DNA of 64,000 nucleotides from Octopus vulgaris (lineage: Eukaryota), in the NCBI GenBank assembly GCA_951406725.2, contig OX597827.1, forward strand, positions 42,222,001 through 42,286,000, read 5' to 3'. Made by a program: the position numbers and the translations under genes. Below the pieces are notes generated by a model that searched no databases, was not told where the DNA came from, and saw only the letters and a program-made list of their open reading frames with translations. How positions within the stretch are numbered: position 1 is the first letter of the stretch; each line of letters begins with the position of its first letter. Positions 46,575 to 60,746 of the stretch are shown here, one piece after another.

Positions 46575-47716
46575 GTTAGCGTTGTTGTTGACGACAGTGG
46601 TGGTGGTGTGTTTGTACTTGTTATTATTGCTAATACTATTGTCGTTTGATGGTGGTGGTGGTGGTGGTGTTGGTGATAGTATAATTGCTGTTGATGTTGC
46701 CCGCTACTGTTAGCGTTGTTGTTGCTGTTGTTGTTGCTGTTGTTGTCGTTGGTGATGGTGGTGCTGATAGTTGTGGCGGTGGTAGCGATGGTGTTATTGT
46801 TGATGTTGCTGCTGTTAGCGTTATTGTTGTTGTTGTCGTTGGTGGTGGTGGTAGTAGTGGTGGTGGTGGTGGTTGTTGTGGTAGTGATTGTGTGTTGTTG
46901 TTGTGGTGGTGGTGTGTAGTGATTGGTGTTGTTGTTGTGGTGGTGGTTGTGGTAGTGGTGGTGGTAGTTGTGGTGGTGGTGGTGTGGTGTATTGTGGTGG
47001 GGTGGTGGGGTGGTTGTGGTTGTAGTAGTGGTGGTGGTTGTATGGGGGGGTGTAGTAGTGGTGGTGGTTGTGGTGGTTGTTGTGGTGATTGTGGCGGTAG
47101 TTGTGGTAGTGGTGGTAATGGTGTTGGTGGTGGTGGTTATGGTGGTGGTTGTGATTGTTGTTGTGGTGGTTGTGGTGATGGTTGTTGTGTTGGTGGTTGT
47201 GGTAGTGGTGGTGGTGGTGGTGGTGGTGGTTCTAGTGGTGATGGTTGTGGCGGTAGTTGTAGCGGTGGTTGTTGTGGTAGTGGTGGTGGTGATAGTGGTG
47301 GTGATGGTTGTGATAGTGGTGGTGGTGGTTGTGATAGTGGTGGTGGTAGTAGCGGTGGTAGTAGTGGAGGTGGTGGTGGTGGAAGTGGAAGTAGTGCTGG
47401 TGGTGGTGGTAGTAGTGGTGACGATGGTAGTGGTAGTGGCGACAATATTATTGTTGTTGATACTATAGCTACAGCCACCTTTGCTGTTGTTGTTGTTATT
47501 GTTGTTCTCATTGCTGTTGATGTTTATTCTCGTTGTAGAGGATGAGAGTAAAGCGATAACTGTGGATGAGGTGAGTGCGGTGGTGTTTACCAACCATGCA
47601 ATTTCTCCTACAAAGTACAACAAGCATAGTGTAAAATGGTAGTCGCTCTCTCGCTTAGCTGGCTGCTGCTGCTGCTACTACTTCTACTACTACTACTACT
47701 ACTACTACTACTGCTA

Positions 47717-47757
<41 letters not shown>

Positions 47758-47763
47758 CACTGG

Positions 47764-47825
<62 letters not shown>

Positions 47826-47959
47826 ACTACTACTACTACTACTAACTACTACCACTTCTACTATTACGACTACTACTACTACTACTACTACTACTACGAC
47901 TACTACTAACTACTACTACTACTATTACTGGTACTACTACTACTACTACCACCACCACC

Positions 47960-48031
<72 letters not shown>

Positions 48032-48032
48032 G

Positions 48033-48081
<49 letters not shown>

Positions 48082-48094
48082 CACCACCACCACC

Positions 48095-48132
<38 letters not shown>

Positions 48133-48160
48133 AGCTGTTGTTGTTGTTGCTGCTGCTGCT
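46575..48160. repeat. Compound trinucleotide block: (GGT/GTT/AGT)n then (CTA/CCA)n
   Basis: Directly visible. Confidence 0.93.
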
Positions 48161-48310
48161 GCTGCTGCCGACTCTTACGCTGACACAGTTGCACTGTTGC
48201 TATCTAGTGCTGTTGATGTCCCAAGCCCATCTCTGAGCCGTCGATAATATCCTCAACGTGGCCTACAGTGCAACATGAAACCTGCTGCTTGTGCGCATGT
48301 GCCTTAATGT

Positions 48311-48352
<42 letters not shown>

Positions 48353-48393
48353 GCACACGCGCGTACACACACACATACAAATTCTCTATCTTC

Positions 48394-48441
<48 letters not shown>

Positions 48442-48502
48442 CTCTCTCATTCATACGCACAAATACACTCACACATACACACACAGGTATATATAAATAC
48501 GT

Positions 48503-48568
<66 letters not shown>

Positions 48569-48747
48569 TTATATGTCTGTATATTTATATATATATATAT
48601 ATGTATATATATTTATATATATAGACACACACACACACCCACCCTCACACACGCACACAAGCACGCATACAATGACATATATGCAGCAAATCCACATATA
48701 CCTACATACATACGTACATACATACATATACACATACACACACACAT

Positions 48748-48779
<32 letters not shown>

Positions 48780-49524
48780 GTGTGTATGTTTGTATGTATA
48801 TAGCCACCATCGTTATTTTACACGCACACACACACACACATACACTCACTTATAGACAAATAAATGTTACACACATATACATACGCTTACATACGGTCAT
48901 ACATAAATACATACATACCTACATATATAATACGTTCATGTACACATACATTTCCACATACTGTACAACCATACACACATACTTTACACAACATACATTA
49001 CACTCATACACACACACACACACATATATATACATACATCTATACATACATACACACACATGCATACATACGTACATATATTCATAAACTTGCTGCCGTA
49101 TTCTGTTTCTTTCTTTTCCTCCTCCTTTCCTTCCCTTCTCCCTTCTCTCTCTCTCTCTCTCTCTCTCATCTTTAATCTCTCTCTCCTTCTTTATCGGTCT
49201 CCTTCTCTCTCTCTCTCTCTCACTCATTCTATCACACTTTAATTTGCAGTCGTATACTCAGGCAAAGCAGGACACACATACAGAGACATACATATACACA
49301 CACACACACACTCGCATACACAAAATCACACACACATACATACACAGACACACATTCACACACTCACACACATATACACATTCACACACTCACACACGCA
49401 TACTCACACACACATACATACACACACACGCAAACATACACAGACACATGCACATACAGACAAACACACTCTCTCTTTCTCTCTCACACACACACAGGTA
49501 CACACACACATTATCACATACAGT

Positions 49525-49560
<36 letters not shown>

Positions 49561-49589
49561 CAAATCAAATTTCCCTTACATCTTTAATT

Positions 49590-49791
49590 TATCTGCTTCA
49601 GTCATTAGACAGCGGTCATGCTACAGCACTGCCTCGAAGAAGTTTAGTTCAACGAATTGACCTCAGTACTTAGTTCCCTATTAAAGCCTAGAACTAATTC
49701 TATCGGTCTATTTTGCTAAACCACTAAGTTACAGGGACGTAAGCGTACCAATACCGGTTGTCGGGCGGTGGAAGGGGACAAACATAGACAT

Positions 49792-49825
<34 letters not shown>

Positions 49826-50006
49826 TCACATACACACACATACATATATATATTACGACGACCTTCCTTCAGTTTCCATCTAACATATCCACTCATAAGG
49901 TTTTGGCCGGCCCGGGGTTATTGTAGAAGTTTGCCCAAGGTGCCACGCCATGGAACCGAACCCGGGACCGTGTAGTTGGGAAGCAAACTTTTTATAATAC
50001 AACTAC
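49590..50006 (-). mobile_element. SINE family A (diverged)
   Basis: Colinear with family A on the minus strand. Confidence 0.78.
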
Positions 50007-50089
50007 ACACACACTCACGCCCCCTCCACACAAATACACACATTAAATCGCACATACATGAATTCATACACATTTAAACGCATGCATAA

Positions 50090-50121
<32 letters not shown>

Positions 50122-50381
50122 AAATTCACACGTACATACATATACGTACGTACACACATACAAGCGTGTACACATATGCAACCACACGCTTATATATATT
50201 CTCTCACCCTCACTTCTCTCTCTCTCACATGCACACACACACGCTCTACGTGTCTGTGTTTGTGTGTCTGTGTGTGTGTGTGTGTGTTTGTGCGTGTGTG
50301 ACTGTGTATTTGCGTGTGTGAGCGTGTATGTGAGCATGTGAGTGCGTGTATGTGAGTATGTGAGTGCATGAGTGTGAGTGT

Positions 50382-50925
<544 letters not shown>

Positions 50926-51334
50926 GGTAGGTGTGTGTGTGCGTGTGTGTATCTATCTGTGCGTGCGTGTGTATACACGAGTAAGCACATAAATGCGAAA
51001 CAAGGTGCAAAAAAAATAGTACTCGAATACCGAAGGTAGAGTAATAACCTTTTTTTTTTATTACAGGTGCAAAAACATCACAGTAACAATTTGATGATGT
51101 TTTTGCAGCTTGAACATATATATATATATATATAACTACAAAATTAGAGAATGGAGAAACATACTTAAATCAGTAAAACATCAACTATCCGATGATACTC
51201 AATCCATACTTTAATACACCATTACATATGAGTAAAGGCAATATATAAAATGAAATGAGATATACAGTAATAGTAAAAGTAAAAAGATAAAGAGATATAA
51301 GTAAAATTTCAAATATAATATGCAAAAAAATCAA

Positions 51335-51448
51335 AACTGACAGCTGTTTCGGCAGTGAGGACAGTCATACCTCATTTAACCTATAAGCCATAAAGGCAGG
51401 TATAAATGAGGCATTAACAAGGATGCCCCACGGCCTCTTCAGAGAATT
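51335..51448 (-). ncRNA. Hammerhead ribozyme motif (inverse copy)
   Basis: Reverse complement of 52182-52295. Confidence 0.6.
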
Positions 51449-51805
51449 AAATTAAATTTGTTATAATAGTGAAAAATATTATATAATCATATACATATAA
51501 ATATAAAAATATAAAAATGTAAAATATAAAAACTTATACATCATAATGCTACACTTATATAATATAATACACATTTGTACAAAAAGGAAGGTAAACAGAA
51601 CAATATAAAACAAAATATATAACAGTGTATATATTAATATTAATAAGTACCGATATTATACATATTTGGCTAATAGTTTTTTTTATAAAAAAAGGGCTAA
51701 CATATATGGAGATGAAAAATAATAATTAAATCCGTGGTACCTTGAAAGGATGGACTTGGTGCTAACTTAACTGTATCTATTTTTAGTATTTTTTTATTAT
51801 TATTA

Positions 51806-51843
<38 letters not shown>

Positions 51844-52181
51844 AATAGTAATTTTTATTAACTTTTATAGCTTTAGAATCTTATGAACTGTACCACGGAT
51901 TTAATTATTATTTTTCATCTCCATATATGTTAGCCCTTTTTTTATAAAAAAAACTATTAGCCAAATATGTATAATATCGGTACTTATTAATATTAATATA
52001 TACACTGTTATATATTTTGTTTTATATTGTTCTGTTTACCTTCCTTTTTGTACAAATGTGTATTATATTATATAAGTGTAGCATTATGATGTATAAGTTT
52101 TTATATTTTACATTTTTATATTTTTATATTTATATGTATATGATTATATAATATTTTTCACTATTATAACAAATTTAATTT

Positions 52182-52295
52182 AATTCTCTGAAGAGGCCGT
52201 GGGGCATCCTTGTTAATGCCTCATTTATACCTGCCTTTATGGCTTATAGGTTAAATGAGGTATGACTGTCCTCACTGCCGAAACAGCTGTCAGTT
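52182..52295 (+). ncRNA. Minimal hammerhead ribozyme motif with extended stem-loop II
   Basis: CT-CTGAAGA-GGC..(~79 nt including CCTCATTTA/TAAATGAGG pairing)..GCC-GAAA-CAGCTG-TC-AG; palindromic stem III; GUC cleavage triplet. Confidence 0.65.
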
Positions 52296-52661
52296 TTGAT
52301 TTTTTTGCATATTATATTTGAAATTTTACTTATATCTCTTTATCTTTTTACTTTTACTATTACTGTATATCTCATTTCATTTTATATATTGCCTTTACTC
52401 ATATGTAATGGTGTATTAAAGTATGGATTGAGTATCATCGGATAGTTGATGTTTTACTGATTTAAGTATGTTTCTCCATTCTCTAATTTTGTAGTATTAA
52501 TTTATGGTAATATTATTACCTTTACCCATTTAATACAATAGATGAACTGATTGCTTGACAATTTTTAACATCTATGTATTATTTTTGTTGGGTACCTATC
52601 TAGCAGTATATTGGATATATATTATCCCATGGTGGGTTGAATTTTCAACCCCTATCTCATT

Positions 52662-52703
<42 letters not shown>

Positions 52704-52704
52704 G

Positions 52705-52735
<31 letters not shown>

Positions 52736-52838
52736 GTATGTATACATATATATATACATATATATACATATATATACATATATATACATACAAATATACA
52801 TCTATACGTACAAACACACATATACATACATACATACA

Positions 52839-52874
<36 letters not shown>

Positions 52875-52964
52875 TACAGACATATATATATATTTATGTA
52901 TGTATGTATGTATGTATGTATGTATGTATGCATTTATGTTTGTATGTATATGTATGTACTTATA

Positions 52965-53545
52965 TGCGTGGCCGTGTGGTAAGAAGTTTGCTTCCCAACT
53001 ATATGGTTCCGGGTTCAGTCCCACTGCATGGTACCTTAGGCAAGCGACTTCTTCTAAAGCCTTGTGAATGGATTTGGTTTGCATGCCCCTAACGTAACAC
53101 CTGGACAAAATATTCCTCCAAAATAACCATATGTCATTAAAAGAATTAATTACGGGAGATGACAGGTTTGATTTAAAAACCCTTCAAGGCAGCACCCCAG
53201 CATGGCCGTAGGCTATTGACTAGAACAGTTGGAAGATGAAAGATATATCTTAAACCTCTAATCTTTTACTTCTTTCAGGCAGAGCAGTGCGGCCTTGCTA
53301 GGGCACCGGCTTGAAGGGCTTTTAACGAAACCAATCGACTCCAGTAATTAATTCCTATGATGTCATATACTTATTTTATGGGTCTCTCTTGCGATGTTAC
53401 GTGGACGCAAACAAACCAACACCGTTTGTCAAGCAGTAAACATAGACACAAAGAAACGTTTACTGAATTCATTCAGAAGGCATTGGTCGGCCCAGGCATA
53501 TAATAGAAAGTTATTAACTAGGGTGTGGCGTTGTGGGATCGAACC
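52965..53545. mobile_element. Two degenerate family A SINEs arranged tail-to-tail (+ 52965-53240, - 53263-53545)
   Basis: Family A head at 52965; two opposed CCAGCATGGCC-like tails. Confidence 0.6.
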
Positions 53546-54132
53546 ATGAACCACGACGTTGCAAAGCGAGCTTTTTATATCAACTACAAAACAAAACGTG
53601 ACACCGAAATGCGTACACTCACGTGTGTGTGTTTGCGTGAGTGCATGTATGCGTGTGTGCGTTTGTGTACGTATGTGTGTGCTTGTGTGAGTGTGTGGAT
53701 GCATGTGTGTGTTTGTGCGAGTGCATGTATCCGTGTGTGTGTGTGTGTGTGAGTGTGTGTGCGAGGGCATGCATGCACGTGTGTGTTTGTGTGTTTGTGC
53801 GAGTGCATGCATCCGCGTGTGTGTGTGTCTGCGTATGTATTATGTGTCTGTGTCTGTGTGTATGGGGAGAGAGTGTGTGTGTGTGTTTGTACGAATGCAT
53901 GTATGCGTGTGTGTGAGTGTGTATGTGCGTGTGTGTGAGTGTGTATGTGCGTATGTGTGAGTGTGAGTGTATTTGTGCGAGTGCATGTATGCGCGTGTGT
54001 GTGTATGTGTGTGTATGTGTGTGTGTTTGTGTGTGTGTGTATGTGAGAGAGAGAGAAAGGTAGAGAGAGAGAAAGGGAGAGAGAGAGAGAGAGAGAGGTA
54101 GAGAGAGAGAGGTAGAGAGAGAGAGAGAGATG

Positions 54133-54175
<43 letters not shown>

Positions 54176-54311
54176 TAGGAGAGGGAGAGAGAGAGAGAGC
54201 CTGTTTGTTCTCGAGTAATAAATTTCTCGCTGCACGCAGTTTGTTATTCATTTATATTATGTCAGGAAATCCTTGTGGACTTAACTACGTGACCAACTTT
54301 TACAGCGAGAC

Positions 54312-54413
<102 letters not shown>

Positions 54414-54600
54414 CACACACACACATATATATAGATATATACATATTTATGCGGGTGCATGTGTGCATATATGTGGGGGTGAGTGTTTGTTTACGTGTAC
54501 TTGGCGTGGATAGTCATGTAAGGCCCTTTGGTAATACCATCCTAATCACCCACCCTCTAACAACACCACCATCAGGTATCGTCCATTGATACTCACACAT

Positions 54601-54633
<33 letters not shown>

Positions 54634-55066
54634 TGTGCACAGATGATTCTCTCTCTCTCTGTTTGTCTCTCTTCTTCTTGTTTTCCTTCTTCTTTTTCAT
54701 CATCATCATCATCATCGTCTTCTTCTTCTTCTTCTTCTTCTCTTCTTCTTCTTCTCCGTCTTCTTCTTCTTCTTCTTCTTCTTCTTCTTCTTCTTCTTCT
54801 CATTCTTCTTTCTCTCTCTCACTCTCTCTCTCTCATTCCCCCTCCCTCCCATTTCGCATTTTGAAACCCCAGTATCACCACTTTGGCCCCCTCTTGTGTT
54901 CCTTACACAATCACTGTTGCCTCTAATTCTTCTCATGACCCATTCACGTAACTCCTCCTCTTCCTCTTCTCCCTCATCAGCCCTCATTCGCCATTTAGTT
55001 TCTTCTAATATATATGAATATATATATATATGAATATATATATATACATACATATATGTATATATT

Positions 55067-55099
<33 letters not shown>

Positions 55100-55206
55100 G
55101 ATATGCACATACATACATGGATACTTACATACATACACACACACACATATATATATATATACATATATATATACATATATATATATGTATAATATTTATA
55201 CATATA

Positions 55207-55237
<31 letters not shown>

Positions 55238-55373
55238 ATGCATATATATACACATATGTATAAATATACATATGTACATACATACATATATATGTATATA
55301 TATATCTAAATATATACATATATATATTATATATATGAATACACACATATGCGCGAGCACATACACACGCACG

Positions 55374-55421
<48 letters not shown>

Positions 55422-55766
55422 CACACACACACACTTTATTTCTAATTAAGTGTCCAAAATGTTTTAGTTTTCACTCTTTGATGGTTTCCAATAAAATTCT
55501 CTTAGTTTTGCCACTTTTACTATTCCATCATTATATATATATATTTTTTTCTGTGCTGTCCATGAGATATAACAGCACCACCACCACCTCCACCACCACT
55601 ACCACCACCACCACCAACAACAACAACAGCAACAACAACAACAACGCTCATGCATCCAAGCTTATACATTAAGGTACCAATATAAACACACACACGCACT
55701 CACACACGCACATACACACACATATATATATATATACGTACATGTGTGTGTGTATATGTATATATT

Positions 55767-55995
55767 CTTTTATTCCTTTACTTGTTTCAGTCATTTAACT
55801 GCGGCCATGCTGGAGCACCGCCTTTATTCGAGCTAATCGACCCCAGGACTTAATCTTTGTAAGCCTATTACTTACTCTATCGACGTCTTTTGCCGAACTG
55901 CTAGGCTACAGGGACGTAAACACACCAGCATCGGTTGCCAAGCGATGGTGGTGGTGGTGGTGGTGGGAACAAACATCGACCAACTAAGATATACA

Positions 55996-56029
<34 letters not shown>

Positions 56030-56214
56030 TACATACATACATACTTACATACATACATACCAAATCCACTCACAAGGCTTTGGTCGGCCTGAGACTATAG
56101 TAGAAGGCATCTGCCCAATGTTCAGTGGGACTGAACCCAGGACTAGATGTTTGGTAAGCAACCACATGGTTGCTTATTAACCACATGGTTTTACACAGCC
56201 ACACCTGCGCCTAT

Positions 56215-56257
<43 letters not shown>

Positions 56258-56470
56258 ATATGTTTGTTTGTCTGTGTTTGTCCTCCCACTATCGCTTGAC
56301 AACAGATGTTTGTATGTTTACGTCACGGTAGTCTAGCGGTTCGGCAAAAGTCACCGATAGAATAAGTAGTAGGCTTGCAAAAAATAAGTCCTGGGGCCGA
56401 TTTGTTCGACTAAAGGTGGTGTTCCAGCATGGCCGCAATCAAATGATTGAAACAAACAAAAAATAAAACA
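55767..56470. mobile_element. Family A SINE on - (55767-56212) followed by a 3' half on + (56260-56470)
   Basis: Both match family A; the copies differ from each other, so they are independent insertions. Confidence 0.8.
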
Positions 56471-56487
56471 ATATATATATATGTATA

Positions 56488-56670
56488 GATAGGCTAGCCA
56501 CTACACATTCTTTATTTTCTCTCCATGTTTCTTTCTGTGTCCCTTTCTGTGGAAGAGCGTAGGCTCGAAACGTTAAAGACTTTTTCACTTCCCGAGCTTT
56601 AAACTAATACATCTGTTTTGTTGTGTACACCACCTGTCTTCGTCTTTTTTTTTTTGTGAATTCTTCTTGT
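56488..56670 (+). mobile_element. Second copy of the short hammerhead-bearing element
   Basis: TAGC..CTACAC..TTTTCTCTCC..GAAGAGCGTAGGCTCGAAACGT.AAAGACTT..CACCTG.CTTCGTCTTTT shared with 39762-39991. Confidence 0.75.
56543..56578 (+). ncRNA. Minimal hammerhead ribozyme-like motif, A6U core variant
   Basis: CTTT-CTGTGGA-A-GAGC(GTAG)GCTC-GAAA-CG-TT-AAAG. Confidence 0.55.
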
Positions 56671-56744
56671 ATGTATGTATGTATGTATGTATGTATGTAT
56701 GTATGTATGTATGTATGTATGTATGTATGTATGTATAGATAGAC

Positions 56745-56843
<99 letters not shown>

Positions 56844-57379
56844 CAGATCATATGTATTTCTATGAATGTATGATGCGTAGAACATTAATGCTTTCAACCC
56901 TCCAGCTTACAGCTTACTGACGCTGACCTGACCATGTGGCGAACCGAACCGCAGCCTACAGTGTATCGGAGCCTCCGTCCCCTGTGAACAAGAGCCCCAT
57001 CAGTATCTCATCTGCCAAACGTCCACACGGCTAATTATAGTAACTGGATGATCATGGTTCCTGACTAACTTTATAGCTTGTGAGGCGACCTGGCATTACC
57101 AGAGGACTTCAGAAAGCCCCGTGTAGTATGTGTACCCTGATCGTTATACCATTACATTTATCAACCAAATTCTCTGTTTTCTTGTCGATAAATGCAGGAA
57201 GCCAAGAGGCTATAGGCGTAAACCCCTTGAGAAAAGCCAAGCTATGGAAATCAGCCTTACGAATGTTTCCCACAGGCAAGTTTTCTATTCATCTTTTTTT
57301 TTATATAGTTCTGGAGGAAATTACCTGTTGCCTTGGGTCTCCATTGCCCCTAAAAGTTCAGCCTACATAGAGATAATTA

Positions 57380-57930
57380 TTTTAATGAAATGCTGGAGAA
57401 TTGTACCTTTTTCTGGAGAGAGTACTCTGAGAATGAACCTCATCAAGAACTTGGCATCGGCTTTGCTGTGAGAATGCCTATTGTCTATTCTTGCAGAGTG
57501 CCGCTATGACACGTTGTTGAGTGCCTATGCACCAACTCTGCCATTTAATAGTCAGGACACAGACCTCGTGTATCAGATATATGATCAAGCGCTGACAGAA
57601 ACTAACAAAAGACAAGGTTATCTAATGGGTGGTTTTCACGTAAGAGTAAGGATAAATAAATTTAAAAAAAAACTAAGGAGCGATTGAGGATGATGGGTTT
57701 GGGAAAAACTGATAATAATCCCACTTGACCTTTTGTTTGCGTGCAGAGTTCGATTCCACCGCCAGTAGTATCGTTTTCTAACAAATGCAAGTCGGCATAG
57801 ATCCATCCCATATCGAAAGGCTGGCACCATATTTACTGTTAGGGTCAGACTGCTAACTCTCAAAGATGCTTTGCGGGCTTGTGTAATGAGAGAAAATGAG
57901 TTTTGGACAGTTCACTGCATTATGTTTAAA
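57380..57930 (+). pseudogene. Degenerate RTE-clade APE endonuclease fragment
   Basis: CTFFWR..GIGFAVR, TLLSAYAPTL..YQIYDQAL..LMGGFHVRV, HPISKGWHH..VMRENEFWTVH match APE motifs YTFFWSG/GVGFAI/SAYAPT/GDFNARVG/TDH. Confidence 0.72.
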
Positions 57931-59015
57931 GGTCAGGTTATAAGTGAACATCTTTAAGACACTGAAAACATACCAAGTATCAAAGACTTGGTTGCTACAA
58001 GTTCAGCAGTTCCGATATTAGTGAGGACTTACGTCAGCCTAAAGCTGTTAGACTGAAAGCTTCAAAAGTATTCAGCAGTTAGGAAGCGGGCATGAATAAC
58101 AAACAGCCCTCTTTAAGTTGGAAACTCTATAGTGTGATACTTAACTCATGATTTGTGTATGCCATTCAGTGTCTTGCTGAATGATCACAGACTAACACTT
58201 CGTTATCCTTCAATATACTTTGTAAGAGCTGTAGCGAGTTCTTCAGAGTCAGGATCAGTTCGCTTCTAACCCTGGAAATCAACGGTGGATTTCAAAAGCT
58301 TAAGAATCCAGATGCAGACCGCAAACATGATATACAAAATGTCCGTGACGCAATAAAGACGCTGAATCCCGTCCCAACATTTCTCTGGCATATGTCAGTT
58401 GTAGCTAACTGTTTATCTAGGACTGTATGTAGTCCGAGGTGTAGTATGTCTGATCACTTACCTTTACCACACGCCCCCACCACTCATTACAAAACAGGGT
58501 ATTCGTTGCTGGATTAACTTAGATATATAAATAGGATTTATCAAGATTGATCCGAGGTTAATCAACAATTGTAGGCATACCGACATAATTTGTAGAGTAA
58601 GTAGAGTAAATCACGTCCTCATTTCATCATTACATTCCCCACCTCATGCGATTAATCAAATCATGTCGGTTTGTGTCGCTTGATTCTCATTGATGGTGTG
58701 GTAAAGGTGAGCTATGACACATCAGCAACAACAAATCCGTGAGTCGCCATAGGTTAAGTTGATCGGAATTCAACTGGAGTTAAACAGCAGTAGAATTGAC
58801 AACAATAACATAACCATGATGTCATTTATATGAACCGAGATATCACATTTTTAGCCTTGTTTGTATGTTAGTCCGTATTCAAAAATGGCTCCAGTCGATA
58901 ATTAATCCTTATGATAAAAGATTTTATGCCGTCCTTTGTCACTCGTTAGTTCTATAATTATGAGTACGGTGGTATATATCTAAACACACATACATAGATG
59001 CATAGTTATTAATGT

Positions 59016-59204
59016 AGGCACTGGAGTGGCTGTGTGGTAAGTAGCTTGCTTACCAACCACATGGTTCTGGGTTCAGTCGGACTGCGTGGCACCTTGGGCA
59101 AGTGTCTTCTACTATAACCTCGGGCCGATCAAAGCATTGAGTGGATTTGGTAGACGGAAACTGAAAAGAAGCCCGTCGTATATATGTATATATATATGTA
59201 TATA

Positions 59205-59257
<53 letters not shown>

Positions 59258-59480
59258 GTATGTGTGTATATGTTTATATGTCTGTGTTTGTCCCCACAAC
59301 ATCACTTGATAACCGATGCTGGTGTGTTTACGTCCCCGTAACTTAGCGGTTCGGCAAAAGAGACCGGTAGAACGAGTACTAAGCTTACAAAGAATAAGTC
59401 CTGGGGGTCGATTTGCTCGACTAAAGGCGGTGCTCCTGCATGGCCGCAGTCAAATGAGTGAAAAAAAGTAAACAAAGAGA
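59016..59480 (+). mobile_element. SINE family A (full length)
   Basis: Complete head, internal (TA)n and tail. Confidence 0.9.
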
Positions 59481-59547
59481 TACATAGTTATGAATGTATA
59501 TATGTGTGTGGAGGATTGGGCTGCTAGCGGTTAGTATGTAGCACTAA

Positions 59548-59619
59548 TTTCCCAGTCCGGCAATCGAAATGACAATCTTATGAAGATAAGATTGTCATTT
59601 CGATTGCCGGACTGGGAAA
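59548..59619. repeat. Perfect 34 bp-arm hairpin (4 nt loop) inside a degenerate SINE head (59510-59790)
   Basis: TTTCCCAGTCCGGCAATCGAAATGACAATCTTAT-GAAG-reverse complement. Confidence 0.95.
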
Positions 59620-59908
59620 GGTATTGTGTTCTTGAGCAGAACTCTTCATTTCACGTTGCCCCAGTCCACCCAACAGGTAAAAATGAGTAAACGAGCGACG
59701 GACCGTCGTCCAATTCCGTGGGGAAATACACATCCCACAGACCTCCGGGAAACCTGCCTTATGAGCCTGGGGTTCGGGAAAGACTTGTGATCTTTTTTGT
59801 ATGAGTCACACCTTGGACAAGTGTCTTCTGCTTTGGCTTTGGGCCGATCAAAGTCTTACGAGTGGATGTGGTTGACGATAAGTGAAAGAAGCTCGTCGTA
59901 TCTATATA

Positions 59909-59944
<36 letters not shown>

Positions 59945-60332
59945 AGTGTCAGTGTGTGTGTGTGTGTGTGTGTTTGTGTGTGTGCGTGTTTCTTTGTCCA
60001 CTGCTAACAGGTGTTGGCTTGTTTACGTCCCTATAAATTAGCAGTTCGGCAAAAGGGACCGATAAAGTACCAGGCTTTAAAAATAAGTACTGGGGCAATT
60101 CTTCTAGACTGAAAGAAGTAAAAGATAAAAAATGTGTACAAATGCCATCTACTATGCCTTTGCTTCACCAGTGTCACTCTTCACCCGATTAAAAGTATAT
60201 TGTTTCCTTGCCCGACTGGCCGTTACTCGCAAGCGATTATGGTGTCGGGGCTTTTGCTAATTACGTTAGATGCCTCTGTAGTCAGTCGCGAGCAGGCTTA
60301 GTCACTCTCTTGGCTCTTTCCAAGACTGAGAA

Positions 60333-60648
60333 AGCGCATGGCTTAGTGGTTAAGGCTATTCATTCTCAATCGTAAGGTCGCGAGTTCGACTCTGGGCGAT
60401 GCATTGTGTCCTTGAGCAAGACACTTTATTTCACGTTGCTCCAGTCCACTCGGTTGTCAAAATGAGTAGTACCTGTATTTTAAAGGGCCGGCCTTGTCAT
60501 ACTCCGTGTCACGCTGAATACCCCTGAGAACTACGTTAAGGTTACACGTGTCTGTGGAGTGCTCCGCCACTTACACGTTTATTTCACGAGCAGGGTGTTC
60601 CGTTGATCAGATCAACTGGAATCCTCGTCATCGTAACCGACAGAGTGT
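60333..60648 (+). mobile_element. tRNA-derived SINE, family E
   Basis: GCATGGCTTAGTGGTTAAGG..GAGTTCGACTC..GTGTCCTTGAGCAAGACACTTTATTTCACGTTGCTCCAG, a block shared with family D and with fragments at 25595 and 59620. Confidence 0.78.
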
Positions 60649-60746
60649 CAGTGCCATAGACCAAGACAAAACCAGTGCAATATCGCAATATCAAGGATGC
60701 CGCAGCTGGAGAACGAAAGATCTGCCCTGACGGTCGGCTAGCGCTT

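Larger units (their letters stand above)
51135..52665. mobile_element. (TA)n-flanked AT-rich fold-back element with 606 bp arms (51135-51740 and 51890-52495), probable PLE inverted terminal repeat
   Basis: No mismatch seen by eye; 149 bp spacer; hammerhead motif in each arm; the + copy extends ~170 bp beyond the arm. Confidence 0.85.

Noticed and set aside
46544-47623. 359 aa Thr-rich mucin-like and 286 aa Gly/Cys-rich ORFs
   Set aside because: All frames are open because of trinucleotide repeats; no splice or domain evidence
51068-51108. Small hairpin TGCAAAAACATCA..TGATGTTTTTGCA
   Set aside because: Short and AT-rich; probably a remnant of a repeat end, no function supportable
55767-56470. 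Opposed SINE A copies as another inverted duplication
   Set aside because: The copies are mutually diverged and share no flank, so they are independent insertions
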